Shown here: positions 27,590 through 36,898 of the stretch, piece by piece | How the letters are laid out: each line of letters begins with the position of its first letter | How positions within the stretch are numbered: position 1 is the stretch's first letter | From: Solidesulfovibrio sp. | GTDB taxonomy: Bacteria; Desulfobacterota; Desulfovibrionia; Desulfovibrionales; Desulfovibrionaceae | Direction of reading: 5' to 3' | Assembly: GCF_038562415.1 (NCBI RefSeq) | Contig: NZ_JBCFBA010000027.1 | Location: 1,847 to 65,846, forward strand | DNA: 64,000 bases | The notes under the pieces: generated by a model | Told to the model about the DNA's origin: nothing | Seen by the model: only the letters and a program-made list of their open reading frames with translations | The model's database searches: none | Position numbers and translations under genes: made by a program

Positions 27590-27627
27590 AACGGGCCGCA
27601 GGGAACTCCCGGCAGCCCGTCGTCTTT
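27590..27627. terminator. Probable bidirectional terminator between the hypothetical gene and ssb
   Basis: Imperfect stem acgggccgcaggga...tcccggcagcccgt with an A-run on the left and cttttc on the right. Confidence 0.45.
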
Positions 27628-27642
27628 TCGGGAAAGGGAAGC

Positions 27643-28260
27643 CTAGAACGGCACGTCGTCCATGCCCGAGGCTTCGGAGGGGAAGGCCGGGCCGGGCCCC
27701 TCGTCGGGATAGCCGGGCTGGTTGCCGCGCGGGGCGCTCTGCTGGCCGCCGCGCGGGCCGGACTGCTGGCCGCCGTAGCCGCCGCGCGGGCCACCCTGGC
27801 CCCCTTGGCCGCCCTGGCCCCCTTGGCCGCCCTGCCCGCCCTGGTAGGCGCGCCGGCCGCCCTGCTGAGGCGCGAATTCGTCCTCGCCCATGGGGGCCTC
27901 GGCCGCCATGCCGCCGCGCGAATCGAGCCCCTGAATGGTGTGGCCGGGGCCGGTCACCACCACCTCGGTGGTGTAGCGCTTCTGGCCCTGCTGGTCGTCC
28001 CAGCTGCGGGTGCGAAGCGTGCCCTCGATGTAGACCAGCCGCCCCTTGGCCAGGTAGTTGCCGCAAAATTCCGCCGAGCGGCCAAACACGGCCACCCGGT
28101 GCCACTCGGTGCGCTCCACCTTGTTGCCGTCACGGTCCTTGTAGGACTCGTCCGTGGCCACGCTGAAGTTGGCCACCGGGCTGCCCGAAGGCAGATAGGT
28201 CAGCTTGGGGTCCTGCCCGAGCCGGCCGACCAGAATGACTTTGTTGATGCTTCCGGCCAT
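27643..28260 (-). CDS. ssb: Single-stranded DNA-binding protein
   Basis: [23 protein letters not shown], Gly/Gln tail, terminal MDDVPF. Confidence 0.97.
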   Translation of the reverse strand: MAGSINKVILVGRLGQDPKLTYLPSGSPVANFSVATDESYKDRDGNKVERTEWHRVAVFGRSAEFCGNYLAKGRLVYIEGTLRTRSWDDQQGQKRYTTEVVVTGPGHTIQGLDSRGGMAAEAPMGEDEFAPQQGGRRAYQGGQGGQGGQGGQGGQGGPRGGYGGQQSGPRGGQQSAPRGNQPGYPDEGPGPAFPSEASGMDDVPF

Positions 28261-28298
28261 CTCGCCTCTCCTTCACGCCCAGCGGCGCGGCAAAATGC

Positions 28299-28646
28299 TC
28301 AGGCCTTGGGCGCGAGCTTTTCCAGCTCGGCCAGGGCGTCTTCCAGGTCGTAGGACAGCTTGTCCGCCGTTTTGGGATCGCGTTCGCCCAGGGCCGCTTC
28401 CAGGGCGGCCTTGACGGCCATGGCCTTTTCCACCCCGGGCAGAAGCGCCGCCCGGTCCCCGGACGGCAGGTCGCCCAGGCGCACGGCGTCGTCGAGGGCA
28501 GCCGTCAGTTCCAGCAGCCCCAAGGGGCCGGCCGGCGGCGTGGCGGCCACGGGCCAGGCCAGGGCGTAGAGCTTGGCGAAGCGCTCCTCGGCGGCGGCCG
28601 TATCATAGGTCTGGGCGATGACGCGGATCTGCAGGAACTTGCCCAT
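28299..28646 (-). CDS. Conserved hypothetical protein, 115 aa
   Basis: MGKFLQIRVIAQTYD... with GGAG RBS, 5 bp after the upstream stop; typical codon usage. Confidence 0.7.
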   Translation of the reverse strand: MGKFLQIRVIAQTYDTAAAEERFAKLYALAWPVAATPPAGPLGLLELTAALDDAVRLGDLPSGDRAALLPGVEKAMAVKAALEAALGERDPKTADKLSYDLEDALAELEKLAPKA

Positions 28647-28651
28647 GGCGG

Positions 28652-29308
28652 CTACTCCCCTTCCTCCCAGTCCGTGCGCACCCGGTTGACCACGTCCTGG
28701 ATGAGGTGCATCTGGGACTCGGGGCACACGCCCACAAGGGGCGCGCCCTGGTCCACGTTCTGGTCGTGCTGGAAATAGACCGCGTAGATGACCCCCTCGG
28801 GGCCTTCGTAGACGAGCGGCTTTTCCCGCTTCATGCGCGAGACGATGAACAGCTCCATCCCGGGCTTGACCGTGACCGAACGCGGCCCGGAGGCCTTGAC
28901 CTTCTTGTCCACGCTCGGGATGAAATAGTACTTGGCCCGTTCCGGGGCGCAAAACAGGTACAGCACCTGGCGCAGGATGGCGGCGATGACCTCGTCTTTC
29001 GACAGGTAGTGGCGGATGACCGCCAGCTGCGCGCCCGCCTCGACGAAGGTGCCCTCCAACTCCCGGTGCACGGTGCCGATGACGCCCTTGGCCTCGGCGT
29101 ACAGGGGCTTGTCGTTGTGTTCGCGGGTGAGCTTGGCCAAAAGCGTCCCGGGCTTTTCGCCGTAGGTGCCCGAGGCGGCCACGACCCTCGTTCCGGGTTC
29201 GATGCCGGCGAAACGCACCACGCCCGTGTGGGGCGCTTCCACCGTGATCTCCTCGTAGGGAGCGGCTTTGATCTTTTCCAGCAAGGCTTTGACGTCTATC
29301 ACGAGCAT
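28652..29308 (-). CDS. Biotinyl/lipoyl-attachment domain protein (BCCP-like, two domains)
   Basis: EITVEAPHTGVV...GTFVEAGAQLAVI and VKPGMELFIVSRMKREKPL...NVDQGAPLVGV; adjacent to carboxylase genes. Confidence 0.75.
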   Translation of the reverse strand: MLVIDVKALLEKIKAAPYEEITVEAPHTGVVRFAGIEPGTRVVAASGTYGEKPGTLLAKLTREHNDKPLYAEAKGVIGTVHRELEGTFVEAGAQLAVIRHYLSKDEVIAAILRQVLYLFCAPERAKYYFIPSVDKKVKASGPRSVTVKPGMELFIVSRMKREKPLVYEGPEGVIYAVYFQHDQNVDQGAPLVGVCPESQMHLIQDVVNRVRTDWEEGE

Positions 29309-29395
29309 TCCCCGTCGCCGGCTCACGCGCGGCCCTGGAGTTTCTTGATCCGTTACAACGCGACACGCCCCGAAGCAATCGCGCCGCGTCACTTT

Positions 29396-29453
29396 CCCCC
29401 ATTGGGGAGGTCCAGGAGGGGCACTGCCCCTCCTGGCCGCCGGAGGCATCTTC
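29396..29453 (-). repeat. REP-like element copy
   Basis: Minus strand gaagatgcctccggcgg-ccaggaggggc-agt-gcccctcctgg-acctccccaatggggg, 14 bp after the carboxyltransferase stop. Confidence 0.85.
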
Positions 29454-29467
29454 TCTGCCTTTTCTCC

Positions 29468-31714
29468 CTATCGATAATACAAATTGCGGCCGCCAATCGT
29501 CAGCAGCACCTGTTTCAAATTCTTGCGGATCTCGCGGCGGTCCCAGATGCCCTGGATATGGCCCCGGGCCAGGGCGTTGTGGGCCCGGTGGTAGTCGGGC
29601 GGGATGTCGATGCCGGTGGTTTCCTTGATGACGCCCGGGCCGGCGAAGCCGATGTTGGCCGAGCGCACGGCGAACTGGTAGGGCGAGCAGCCGAGGAAAC
29701 TGGCCACCGGGCCGGCGTAGGAATTGGTGTCGTAGAGCACGACGTACAGGCCGCCGGCCTCGATGTAGCGCCGCACGGCCAGGGTGACGCGCGGCATCTG
29801 GATCAGGCCGTTGAGGCTTTCCTGGATGCGGATGCCGGCCGTGCCGTGGACGTAGGCCAGAAAGGGGAAGTGGCGCCGCCTGGCCCTGGCCAGGGCGCGG
29901 ATGAACGTCTCGCCCTCGGCCGCGCCCACCGAGCCGCCCCGGAAGGCGGAATAGAGCACGGCGGAGACGATCTTGATGCCGTCGATTTTCGCGTCGATGG
30001 ACACGCAGCCGGATTTGCGGCCGGTTTTCTGTTTGGCCGCGTCGAGCTTTTCCTCGAAGCCGGGATACTCGAGGGGATTTCCGGCCTCGATGTCGTTGTC
30101 GTGTTCCGTGACCGAACCCGGGTCGAAGACGTTGCCGAGCACCCACTGGTATTCCATGGGGAAATGGTGGCCGCAGTGGACGCACACGCCGGCGAAATCG
30201 CCGTAGAGGTCCGGGGCCCACAGGTCCGGGCAGCCGTAGGTCTTGGATTCCGGGCAGGTGACGGCCTTGTCCTCGGCGGCCTTGGGGCTCACGTAGCGCC
30301 AGCCGAAGTCCTCCAGGCAGGCGCCCTGCTCGGGCTGGGACAGCTCCACCAGCATGCGGCTTTTTTCCGGGTCGCAGGTGACCGGGGCGTTCTTGCCGCG
30401 CATGCGGCGAAGCGGCGCGGTCAGGCGATTGACCACGAGCCGGGCCTCGGCCTCCAGGTCGCCCACGGTCTTGCTGAAATTCTTGATGTGCTTGCCGATG
30501 AAGTCGTAGCGCAGGAAGGAATAGCCGCCCCACAGCAGGCTCTGGGCCCGGGAGGCGATGCGCGCGCCCGAGGGGCGGCCGTCGCGGAAGGCCGTCTCGG
30601 CCATGCGGCGGTACTTGCAGTAGCGCTTCCAGACGAGCCTGTCGGCCGCGGCCTCGTCCAGGGTCCAGCGCACGAACATCCCCTCGGCGTCGCCGTCCTT
30701 GCGCCGCGAGGCGACCAGGGCCCGGAAGAGCTTGAAGCCGGCCACACCCAGAAAGACCTGGTCCGTGGCCCGGATGACCTCCTGGCGCAGGTCCTTGAAG
30801 AACTCGTAGTGGTGGGGCCGGGCGCCCAGGTCCGGTTCGGCGACGATCTTGTCGACGTAGCCCATGCGCAGGTTGTCGGCGGCGGTGATGCGAAGCCGCC
30901 TGGCGCAGGCCTCGATGAGCTCCGGGGCCACGCGCTGGCCCTGGCGGATGCCGGCCTCGATGGCCGCCGCGCCCTCGGGGGAGATGACGGAATAGTAGCC
31001 GTGGGAGAGCATCAGGCGCACGTCGGACAGGCCGATGGCCTCGGCCCCGCCCGAGCCGCCCTCGGAAATCACCGACACCACCGGCACGCGCAGCCCCCCC
31101 ATCTCGTAGAGGTTGCGGGCGATCTGCTGGGCGGCGCCGGGGAAGTCCTCCACCGGAAAGGCCCCCGGGGTGAAGACGTAGGTGTGGATGGGGATGCGCT
31201 CGGTCTCGGCGACCTTCATGTACTGCAGGGCCTTGGCGTTGCCCCAGGGCTTGACCGAGCCGCCGTTGCGAAACTCCTGGCCGTGGCCCTTTTCCTGGCC
31301 GATGACCATGACGGGCTGGTTGACGACCTTGTCGCCCTTGCGGCGGGTGATGTAGGCCCGGGCGATGAGCATGCTCGGGTCGATGGAGTATTCGTCCTGG
31401 CCGCCGATCTCGGTGTAGTTGTCGTAGACGTTTTCCAGGATGTCCTTGAGGCTGACCCGGGCCGGATGGCGCACGATGCGCACCCGGTCCATGGGGATCA
31501 GCTCGGCGTCGAGCTTTTTTTCCAGGAAGGCGAACAGGTCCTCGAGCTGGCGCAGCATCTGGGCCAGCTCGCCGGGGGCGGCGCCTTCCCGGGCGCGCAG
31601 GTCGGCCAGGCGCGAGCGCATGAGCGCGATATTGGCGTTTTCCCGGCCGCCGAAAATGTCCTGGATGTATTGCAAGCGATCGGCCAGTTCGACCACGCGC
31701 TTTTCGATTTCCAT
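29468..31714 (-). CDS. Acyl-CoA carboxylase carboxyltransferase, alpha-beta fusion (AccA then AccD), 748 aa
   Basis: AccA half: ISEGGSGGA, YSVISPEGAAAI. AccD half: Zn-finger Cys (CPESKTYGC...CVHC), FRGGSVG, GIRIQES, IGFAGPGVI. Confidence 0.88.
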   Translation of the reverse strand: MEIEKRVVELADRLQYIQDIFGGRENANIALMRSRLADLRAREGAAPGELAQMLRQLEDLFAFLEKKLDAELIPMDRVRIVRHPARVSLKDILENVYDNYTEIGGQDEYSIDPSMLIARAYITRRKGDKVVNQPVMVIGQEKGHGQEFRNGGSVKPWGNAKALQYMKVAETERIPIHTYVFTPGAFPVEDFPGAAQQIARNLYEMGGLRVPVVSVISEGGSGGAEAIGLSDVRLMLSHGYYSVISPEGAAAIEAGIRQGQRVAPELIEACARRLRITAADNLRMGYVDKIVAEPDLGARPHHYEFFKDLRQEVIRATDQVFLGVAGFKLFRALVASRRKDGDAEGMFVRWTLDEAAADRLVWKRYCKYRRMAETAFRDGRPSGARIASRAQSLLWGGYSFLRYDFIGKHIKNFSKTVGDLEAEARLVVNRLTAPLRRMRGKNAPVTCDPEKSRMLVELSQPEQGACLEDFGWRYVSPKAAEDKAVTCPESKTYGCPDLWAPDLYGDFAGVCVHCGHHFPMEYQWVLGNVFDPGSVTEHDNDIEAGNPLEYPGFEEKLDAAKQKTGRKSGCVSIDAKIDGIKIVSAVLYSAFRGGSVGAAEGETFIRALARARRRHFPFLAYVHGTAGIRIQESLNGLIQMPRVTLAVRRYIEAGGLYVVLYDTNSYAGPVASFLGCSPYQFAVRSANIGFAGPGVIKETTGIDIPPDYHRAHNALARGHIQGIWDRREIRKNLKQVLLTIGGRNLYYR

Positions 31715-31777
31715 AGGCTGTCTTCCCGAAACGCCGTCCGGGCCGGGCGCGGGGCCGCGCGGCCCGGACGGGGCGCT

Positions 31778-33196
31778 TTAGAATTGCAGGATCGTGGCGG
31801 TCTTGTCCCGCAAAAACCGGACGTTGGACTTGAGTTCCTGGCCGGCGCCGTCGGCCCCGGACAGGGTCAGCTCGTCGAGGTAGCCCACGCCGCGTTTCTT
31901 GGCCTCGGCCAGGTCGGCGCCCCAGACGATGGCCAGGGCCAGGTTGGGGTCGTATTCGGTGGGAATCTCGTAGGGCTCGTCCATGGGGATGTGGGTATAA
32001 AGCCTGGCCCAGGGCAGGTTCGGGGCCAGGAACTGGTCGATGCGCCCGACCCAGGGGGTGAAGCGGTTGGCCGGGTCCTCGGCGATGACCCGGTATTCGA
32101 TGCCGACCCCGTCGAAGGTGATGTCGGACTGGTCGTAGCCCATGGGATCGCCGAGGGCCATGCGGATCTGCTCGGCGATGAGGTTGACCCCGCCCTGTCC
32201 CTTGATGCGGGAAATGGCGGCGGAGACGCCGTTTTCCACCTGGATGCGGGTGTTGACCTCCATGAGGAAGGGCTGCCCCGTGGGCGAGACGATCCACTCC
32301 CAGGTACCGACGTTGTCGTAGGCCACTTCCTTGGCCATGGCCAGGGAATAGCCCACGATGTCGTCCAGGAGTTTTTTGGCGTCGAAGGCGTAGGCGACCT
32401 CCTGGGGCCGAAAGCCCGGGGCCACCTCCACGCGCTTTTGCCGGCCCGTGGACTGGATGGTGCAGTTGCGCGTGCCGAAGTGGACGATGTTTTTGCCCGA
32501 GCGGTCGGCGACGATCTGCACTTCCAGGTGGTTGAAGTCGAAGATGCGCTGCTCGATCAGCACGCCCTCGTCGTGGAACTGGCGCTTGGCGTAGTTGCGG
32601 ATGCGCCGGTAGACGGTCTTGAACTGGTCGATGTCGTAGATTTCCTCGATGCCCATGCCGCCGCCGCCGGCCGAGGCCTTGACCAGGACCACGGAGTTGG
32701 CGATGCCCTGTTCGGCCTGGAAGGCGAACAGGGTTTCGGCGATCTCCTCGGCCTCCAGCTCGTCGTAGACGGGCCGGTCGGAGCCGGGCACGGTGGGGAT
32801 GGACAGGCTGCGGGCCAGGCGCTTGGTGTTGATCTTGTCGCCCAGCGACCGGATGATGCGCCAGGACGGCCCGATAAACACCAGGCCGCGCGAGCGTTCG
32901 GCCACGCGCCGGGCGAAGCGGAAATCCTCGGCGAAAAAGCCGTAGCCGGGGTGGATGGCCGTGGCGCCGGCGTGGTCGGCCACGGCCAGCAGTTCGTTGG
33001 CGTCGTGGTAGGAACTGACGCGGTAGGCGCAGCCCGGGCCGTCGAGCCGCCTGGCCAGGGCCAGGTGCCCCGAGGCCGCGTCGGCCTTGGTATGGACGCA
33101 AACAAAATCCAGGCCGAGCGAAACGCAAGCCTGGATGATGCGCATGGCGATCTCGCCCCGGTTGGCAACCAGGACCTTATGTTTTTTCGTCGGCAC
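31778..33196 (-). CDS. accC: Biotin carboxylase
   Basis: KVLVANRGEIA, IHPGYGFFAE, KASAGGGGMG, EVNTRIQVE. Confidence 0.9.
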   Translation of the reverse strand: MPTKKHKVLVANRGEIAMRIIQACVSLGLDFVCVHTKADAASGHLALARRLDGPGCAYRVSSYHDANELLAVADHAGATAIHPGYGFFAEDFRFARRVAERSRGLVFIGPSWRIIRSLGDKINTKRLARSLSIPTVPGSDRPVYDELEAEEIAETLFAFQAEQGIANSVVLVKASAGGGGMGIEEIYDIDQFKTVYRRIRNYAKRQFHDEGVLIEQRIFDFNHLEVQIVADRSGKNIVHFGTRNCTIQSTGRQKRVEVAPGFRPQEVAYAFDAKKLLDDIVGYSLAMAKEVAYDNVGTWEWIVSPTGQPFLMEVNTRIQVENGVSAAISRIKGQGGVNLIAEQIRMALGDPMGYDQSDITFDGVGIEYRVIAEDPANRFTPWVGRIDQFLAPNLPWARLYTHIPMDEPYEIPTEYDPNLALAIVWGADLAEAKKRGVGYLDELTLSGADGAGQELKSNVRFLRDKTATILQF

Positions 33197-33596
33197 GATC
33201 CGTCTTCTTGTCCTCGAGGTTGTCGGCCCTCTCCCGCGCCTTGCGCAGGTCGATGCGCCGCTTTTGAATTTCCAGGACCAGCTTGTCGAGCCAGGCTTCC
33301 TGGCGCAGGGACAGTTCCCCGAAGGCCAGCCCGGCCAATCCCCCGGTCAGGCGCACCACGGCGACGGGCAGGCCCGCGAGCAGCGTGCGCGGCCCGATGG
33401 CCAGGGTCAGGCGGCCCGTGCGGCCGGGCGCGAGCGTCCCCTCGGGATCGACCAGGGAAAGCCCCGAGGCGGACACGTCGTGGACGACGTAGTGGCGGTC
33501 GCCGCCGTCGTCCCACAAGGCAACGAGCCCCCTCACCCGTTCCCGGTGGGCGGCCCGCCGGCCCATCTCCCCTTCCAGCGTGAACGTGAAGTCCAT
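33177..33596 (-). CDS. PilZ domain protein (c-di-GMP receptor), 139 aa
   Basis: RxxxR (RAAHR) and DxSxxG (DVSASG) motifs. Confidence 0.82.
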   Translation of the reverse strand: MDFTFTLEGEMGRRAAHRERVRGLVALWDDGGDRHYVVHDVSASGLSLVDPEGTLAPGRTGRLTLAIGPRTLLAGLPVAVVRLTGGLAGLAFGELSLRQEAWLDKLVLEIQKRRIDLRKARERADNLEDKKTDRADEKT

Positions 33597-33606
33597 GCCG
33601 GCCTCC

Positions 33607-34347
33607 CTACTCGCCGATGGAGCGTTCCAACACGAATTCCACGCGTTGGTTGCGCGCCCGATGGTCGGGGGTGTCGTTGGGATAGAGGGGTTCTAAATCA
33701 GCTAATCCGGTGGCTGTCAATCGGTTGGAGGGCATCCCCAGGGAGAGCAGGTAGCGCAGCACGGCAACCGACCGCAATGACGAGACTTCCCAGTTGTCCC
33801 GAAACCGGCTGCCCGGCCCCGGCGGCTGGTCGTCGGTGAAGCCCCGGATGTTGATGCGCTCGCCGGCGGTCTTGATGAGGAAATCGTAGAGCAGGCGCAG
33901 CCTGGCCTTGCCCTCCTCGGTCAGGTCCACGCCGTCCTTGGGAAAAAGCACCCCGGCCGGGAAGGCGATGGAGATCTTGCCCGCCTCCAGGGTGGCGGCC
34001 ACCACGCCATCGAGGCCCTTGGTCGAGACGAAGGACCGGAACTGGTCGTAGACGCGGCGCTGTTCGCCGAGCAGGCGCTGCCTGACCCTGGCCTGTTCGA
34101 CCAGGGTCGACATCTCCGCGGGGGCGACCGGCGCGGTCATCGGGGACTTGCCCGTGCTGCCCAGGGCGCTGCGCACCGAGCTGAACGATTCCGAGAACTT
34201 CTTGACGTCCAGGCTCGACATGGAAAACAGCATGATGAAAAAACTCATCAGCAGCATGGACATGTCGGCCAGGGTGGTCAGCCATTCGCTGGGCGCCTCG
34301 GGCACGTCCATGTCATCGTCGAAGCCGAGGTCGTCATCGGCGCTCAT
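33607..34347 (-). CDS. motB: Flagellar stator MotB (OmpA-like PG-binding domain), 246 aa
   Basis: WLTTLADMSMLLMSFFIML TM helix with conserved Asp; GFTDD, NWEVSSLR, NQRVEF. Confidence 0.9.
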   Translation of the reverse strand: MSADDDLGFDDDMDVPEAPSEWLTTLADMSMLLMSFFIMLFSMSSLDVKKFSESFSSVRSALGSTGKSPMTAPVAPAEMSTLVEQARVRQRLLGEQRRVYDQFRSFVSTKGLDGVVAATLEAGKISIAFPAGVLFPKDGVDLTEEGKARLRLLYDFLIKTAGERINIRGFTDDQPPGPGSRFRDNWEVSSLRSVAVLRYLLSLGMPSNRLTATGLADLEPLYPNDTPDHRARNQRVEFVLERSIGE

Positions 34348-35092
34348 AGCGGCGCTCCCGGGGGGCGATGAAGGACGACAATTTCTCGTAGACGAGCCTG
34401 GGGTTGTTGTTTTCGAGGATGCATTTGGCCCCCTCGAAAATGATCTCCAGTTGCAGGGTTTCGTTGAGGGTGCGGGCACGCAGCTTGCCGGCCACGGGCA
34501 GGAAAAGGAGCGTGGAAAGCATGGAGCCGTAAAAGGTGGTGATAATGGCCACGGCCATGGCCGGCCCCAGGGTCTTGGGGTCGTCCAGGCGGGTGAGCAT
34601 CTGCACGAGGCCGATGAGCGTACCGATCATGCCGTAGGACGGGGCATAGCCGGCCAGGGACTTGAACACGGCCTCGCCCACGGCGTGGCGGCGCTTCATG
34701 GAGCCGATCTCGATGCGCACGGTCTCGCGGATGAGCGCCGGGTCGGCGTTGTCGGCGATGAGCTGACAGGCTTTCTTGAGGATGGCGTTTTCCGTGTGGA
34801 TGTTTTCCAGGGCGACGAGCCCCTCGCGGCGGCTGATCTCGGCGATGCGCACCATCATGTTGACGACTTCGGCGTCGCTGACCTTGCGCGAGGAAAAAAT
34901 CTGCATCATGGCGGAAAAGGCCTGGAAGACCTCCTTGAGGGGATAGGCCACGCAGATGGAAGCCACGGTTCCGCCGATGACGATCATGATGCTCGGGACG
35001 TTGACGAACTCCATGAGCGTGCCGCCCATGAAGATCGCGCCAAGCACCAAGGCGATGCCCGAAGCCAGGCCGAGAAACGTTCCCAGGTCCAT
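34334..35092 (-). CDS. motA: Flagellar stator MotA/PomA family, 252 aa
   Basis: MDLGTFLG, SRREGLVALE, APSYGMIGTLIGLVQML, AVAIITTFYGS. Confidence 0.92.
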   Translation of the reverse strand: MDLGTFLGLASGIALVLGAIFMGGTLMEFVNVPSIMIVIGGTVASICVAYPLKEVFQAFSAMMQIFSSRKVSDAEVVNMMVRIAEISRREGLVALENIHTENAILKKACQLIADNADPALIRETVRIEIGSMKRRHAVGEAVFKSLAGYAPSYGMIGTLIGLVQMLTRLDDPKTLGPAMAVAIITTFYGSMLSTLLFLPVAGKLRARTLNETLQLEIIFEGAKCILENNNPRLVYEKLSSFIAPRERRYERR

Positions 35093-35201
35093 GCGCCCGT
35101 CCGTGAGGCATACGGGTTGCGAAACAGGCGCAACGGCTCGGGCCTCCCCCTTTCCCGCGCGCCGGAGCCGTGCTACCACGGCCGCGACGGGAGGAACCTA
35201 C

Positions 35202-36026
35202 ATGCACTACGGCGAGGATGTAAAGCAGGCCGTGGCGACGGCCCTGGCCGCCCTGGGCCGACCGGGGGAGCGGTGCGTGGGCCTGGTGACCGGCACGGGC
35301 CTCGGCGGCCTGGCGGCCATGCTGGACGAGGCCCGGGAAATCGCCACGGCCGAACTGCCGGGCTTTCCCCGGACCACGGCCCCGGGCCACGCCGGACGGC
35401 TGGTGGCCGGAACCGTGGGCGGCCGGGCCGTGCTGGCGCTGTGCGGCCGCCAGCACCTCTACGAGGGCCACGGCCCGCGCGAGGTGGCCTTCGGCGTCCG
35501 GCTGCTGGCCGGGCTCGGCGTCAAGACGCTCCTGCTGACCAACGCCGCCGGGGCCCTGGACCCGCATTTCACGGCCGGCGGGCTCATGCGCGTCACCGAC
35601 CACATCAACCTGACCGGGCGCAATCCCCTGACCGGCCCCAACGACGACAGCCTCGGGCCGCGCTTTCCGGACATGAGCCGGGCCTACTGCCCGCGCCTGG
35701 GGGCCATCGCCGACGCCACGGCGCTGGCCCTCGGCATCCGCCTGGAGCGCGGGGTCTACGCCGGGGTCGTGGGCCCGAGCCTGGAGACCCCGGCCGAGAC
35801 GCGCATGCTGCGGCTTTTGGGCGCCGACGCCGTGGGCATGTCCACCGTCACCGAGGTCATCGCCGCCCGGCACCTGGGGCTCGACGTGTTGGCCATCTCC
35901 TGCCTGACCAACGTCAACCTGCCGGACTGCATGGCCGAAACCACCCTCGAAACGGTCCTGGAAACGGCCCGGCGGGCCGAGGCCGACCTGGCCCGGCTGC
36001 TGGCCGCCGTCATCCCGGCCGGCTGA
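35202..36026 (+). CDS. Purine nucleoside phosphorylase (trimeric, PunA/XapA type)
   Basis: GLVTGTGLG, GHAGRL, GRQHLYEG, LTNAAG, GPSLETPAE, VGMSTVTE. Confidence 0.9.
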   Translation: MHYGEDVKQAVATALAALGRPGERCVGLVTGTGLGGLAAMLDEAREIATAELPGFPRTTAPGHAGRLVAGTVGGRAVLALCGRQHLYEGHGPREVAFGVRLLAGLGVKTLLLTNAAGALDPHFTAGGLMRVTDHINLTGRNPLTGPNDDSLGPRFPDMSRAYCPRLGAIADATALALGIRLERGVYAGVVGPSLETPAETRMLRLLGADAVGMSTVTEVIAARHLGLDVLAISCLTNVNLPDCMAETTLETVLETARRAEADLARLLAAVIPAG

Positions 36027-36092
36027 GTCCCAAGTCCCGGCCGGGCGGCCGCCAAGGGCCAGTCGCCCGGCGGCTGCCCGGCCGGGGCGGCC

Positions 36093-36779
36093 CTAGCCCA
36101 TCTTGACCTTTTCCACGAAGCCGATGCCGGCCAGGTCGCGGATGCAGGTCACGGCCTCCACGCACGACCAGTCGCAGCGCAGGGTGAAGCGGTAGGTGGA
36201 CAGGCCCTCCTTGACCTTGCTGAGGCTCAGGTTCTCGACGCTGAGCTCCCGCGAGCGGAAAAAGGCCAGCAGCTTGTCCAGGCAGTCCTCGGCCTCGCGG
36301 CAGGTGACGCTGAACACCCGGTAGGCCTCGCGGTGGATGCGGCGCTGGACGTGCTTGAGGATGGTCAGGGAGACCACGCCGAGCACGGTGCAGGCCACGG
36401 GGATGAGGATCATGCCGGCCCCGAGCGCCATGCCGACGCCGGCGTTGAACCACAGCGTGGCCGCCGTGGTCAGGCCCCGGATGCTGCCCTTGTCCTTGAT
36501 GATCACCCCCGCGCCGAGAAACCCGACGCCGGTGACGATCTGCGCCCCGATGCGCGACGGGTCGAGCCCCAGGGGGATGGCGCCCGGGTCCTCGCCGGAG
36601 AGGTAATAGAAATACTTGGAGATGACCATCATGAGGGCCGAGCCCAGGCAGACCAGCAGGTTGGTGCGCAGGCCGGCGCTGATGCCGTGGCGCTCCCGCT
36701 CGTAGCCCAGGATCGAGCCGCACACCACCGCCAGGACCAGGCGCAGCAGCAGTTGCGCTTCATGCGGATACCCGTTCAT
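36093..36779 (-). CDS. MgtC/SapB family membrane protein, 228 aa
   Basis: LGYERE, AGLRTN, DPSRIGAQIVTGVGFLGAG, GLTTAATLW. Confidence 0.92.
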   Translation of the reverse strand: MNGYPHEAQLLLRLVLAVVCGSILGYERERHGISAGLRTNLLVCLGSALMMVISKYFYYLSGEDPGAIPLGLDPSRIGAQIVTGVGFLGAGVIIKDKGSIRGLTTAATLWFNAGVGMALGAGMILIPVACTVLGVVSLTILKHVQRRIHREAYRVFSVTCREAEDCLDKLLAFFRSRELSVENLSLSKVKEGLSTYRFTLRCDWSCVEAVTCIRDLAGIGFVEKVKMG

Positions 36780-36898
36780 GGACGCACCCCCGTTCGGTTG
36801 GGCCGGCCGGTACGGCTGCGACCGTGCGGCCGCCCTTTTCCGAGGCCTGTCCCATCCGGGCCGCCACGTCAAGTCGTCGTGAGAAATCTACCGGAATT

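Noticed and set aside
27780-27845. Short tandem repeats in ssb
   Set aside because: Encode the ordinary GQGGQGG disordered linker of SSB.
28299-33583. 1609-aa and 1625-aa ORFs over the acc cluster
   Set aside because: Shadow frames; only the last 115 codons of 28299..33128 form a real gene.
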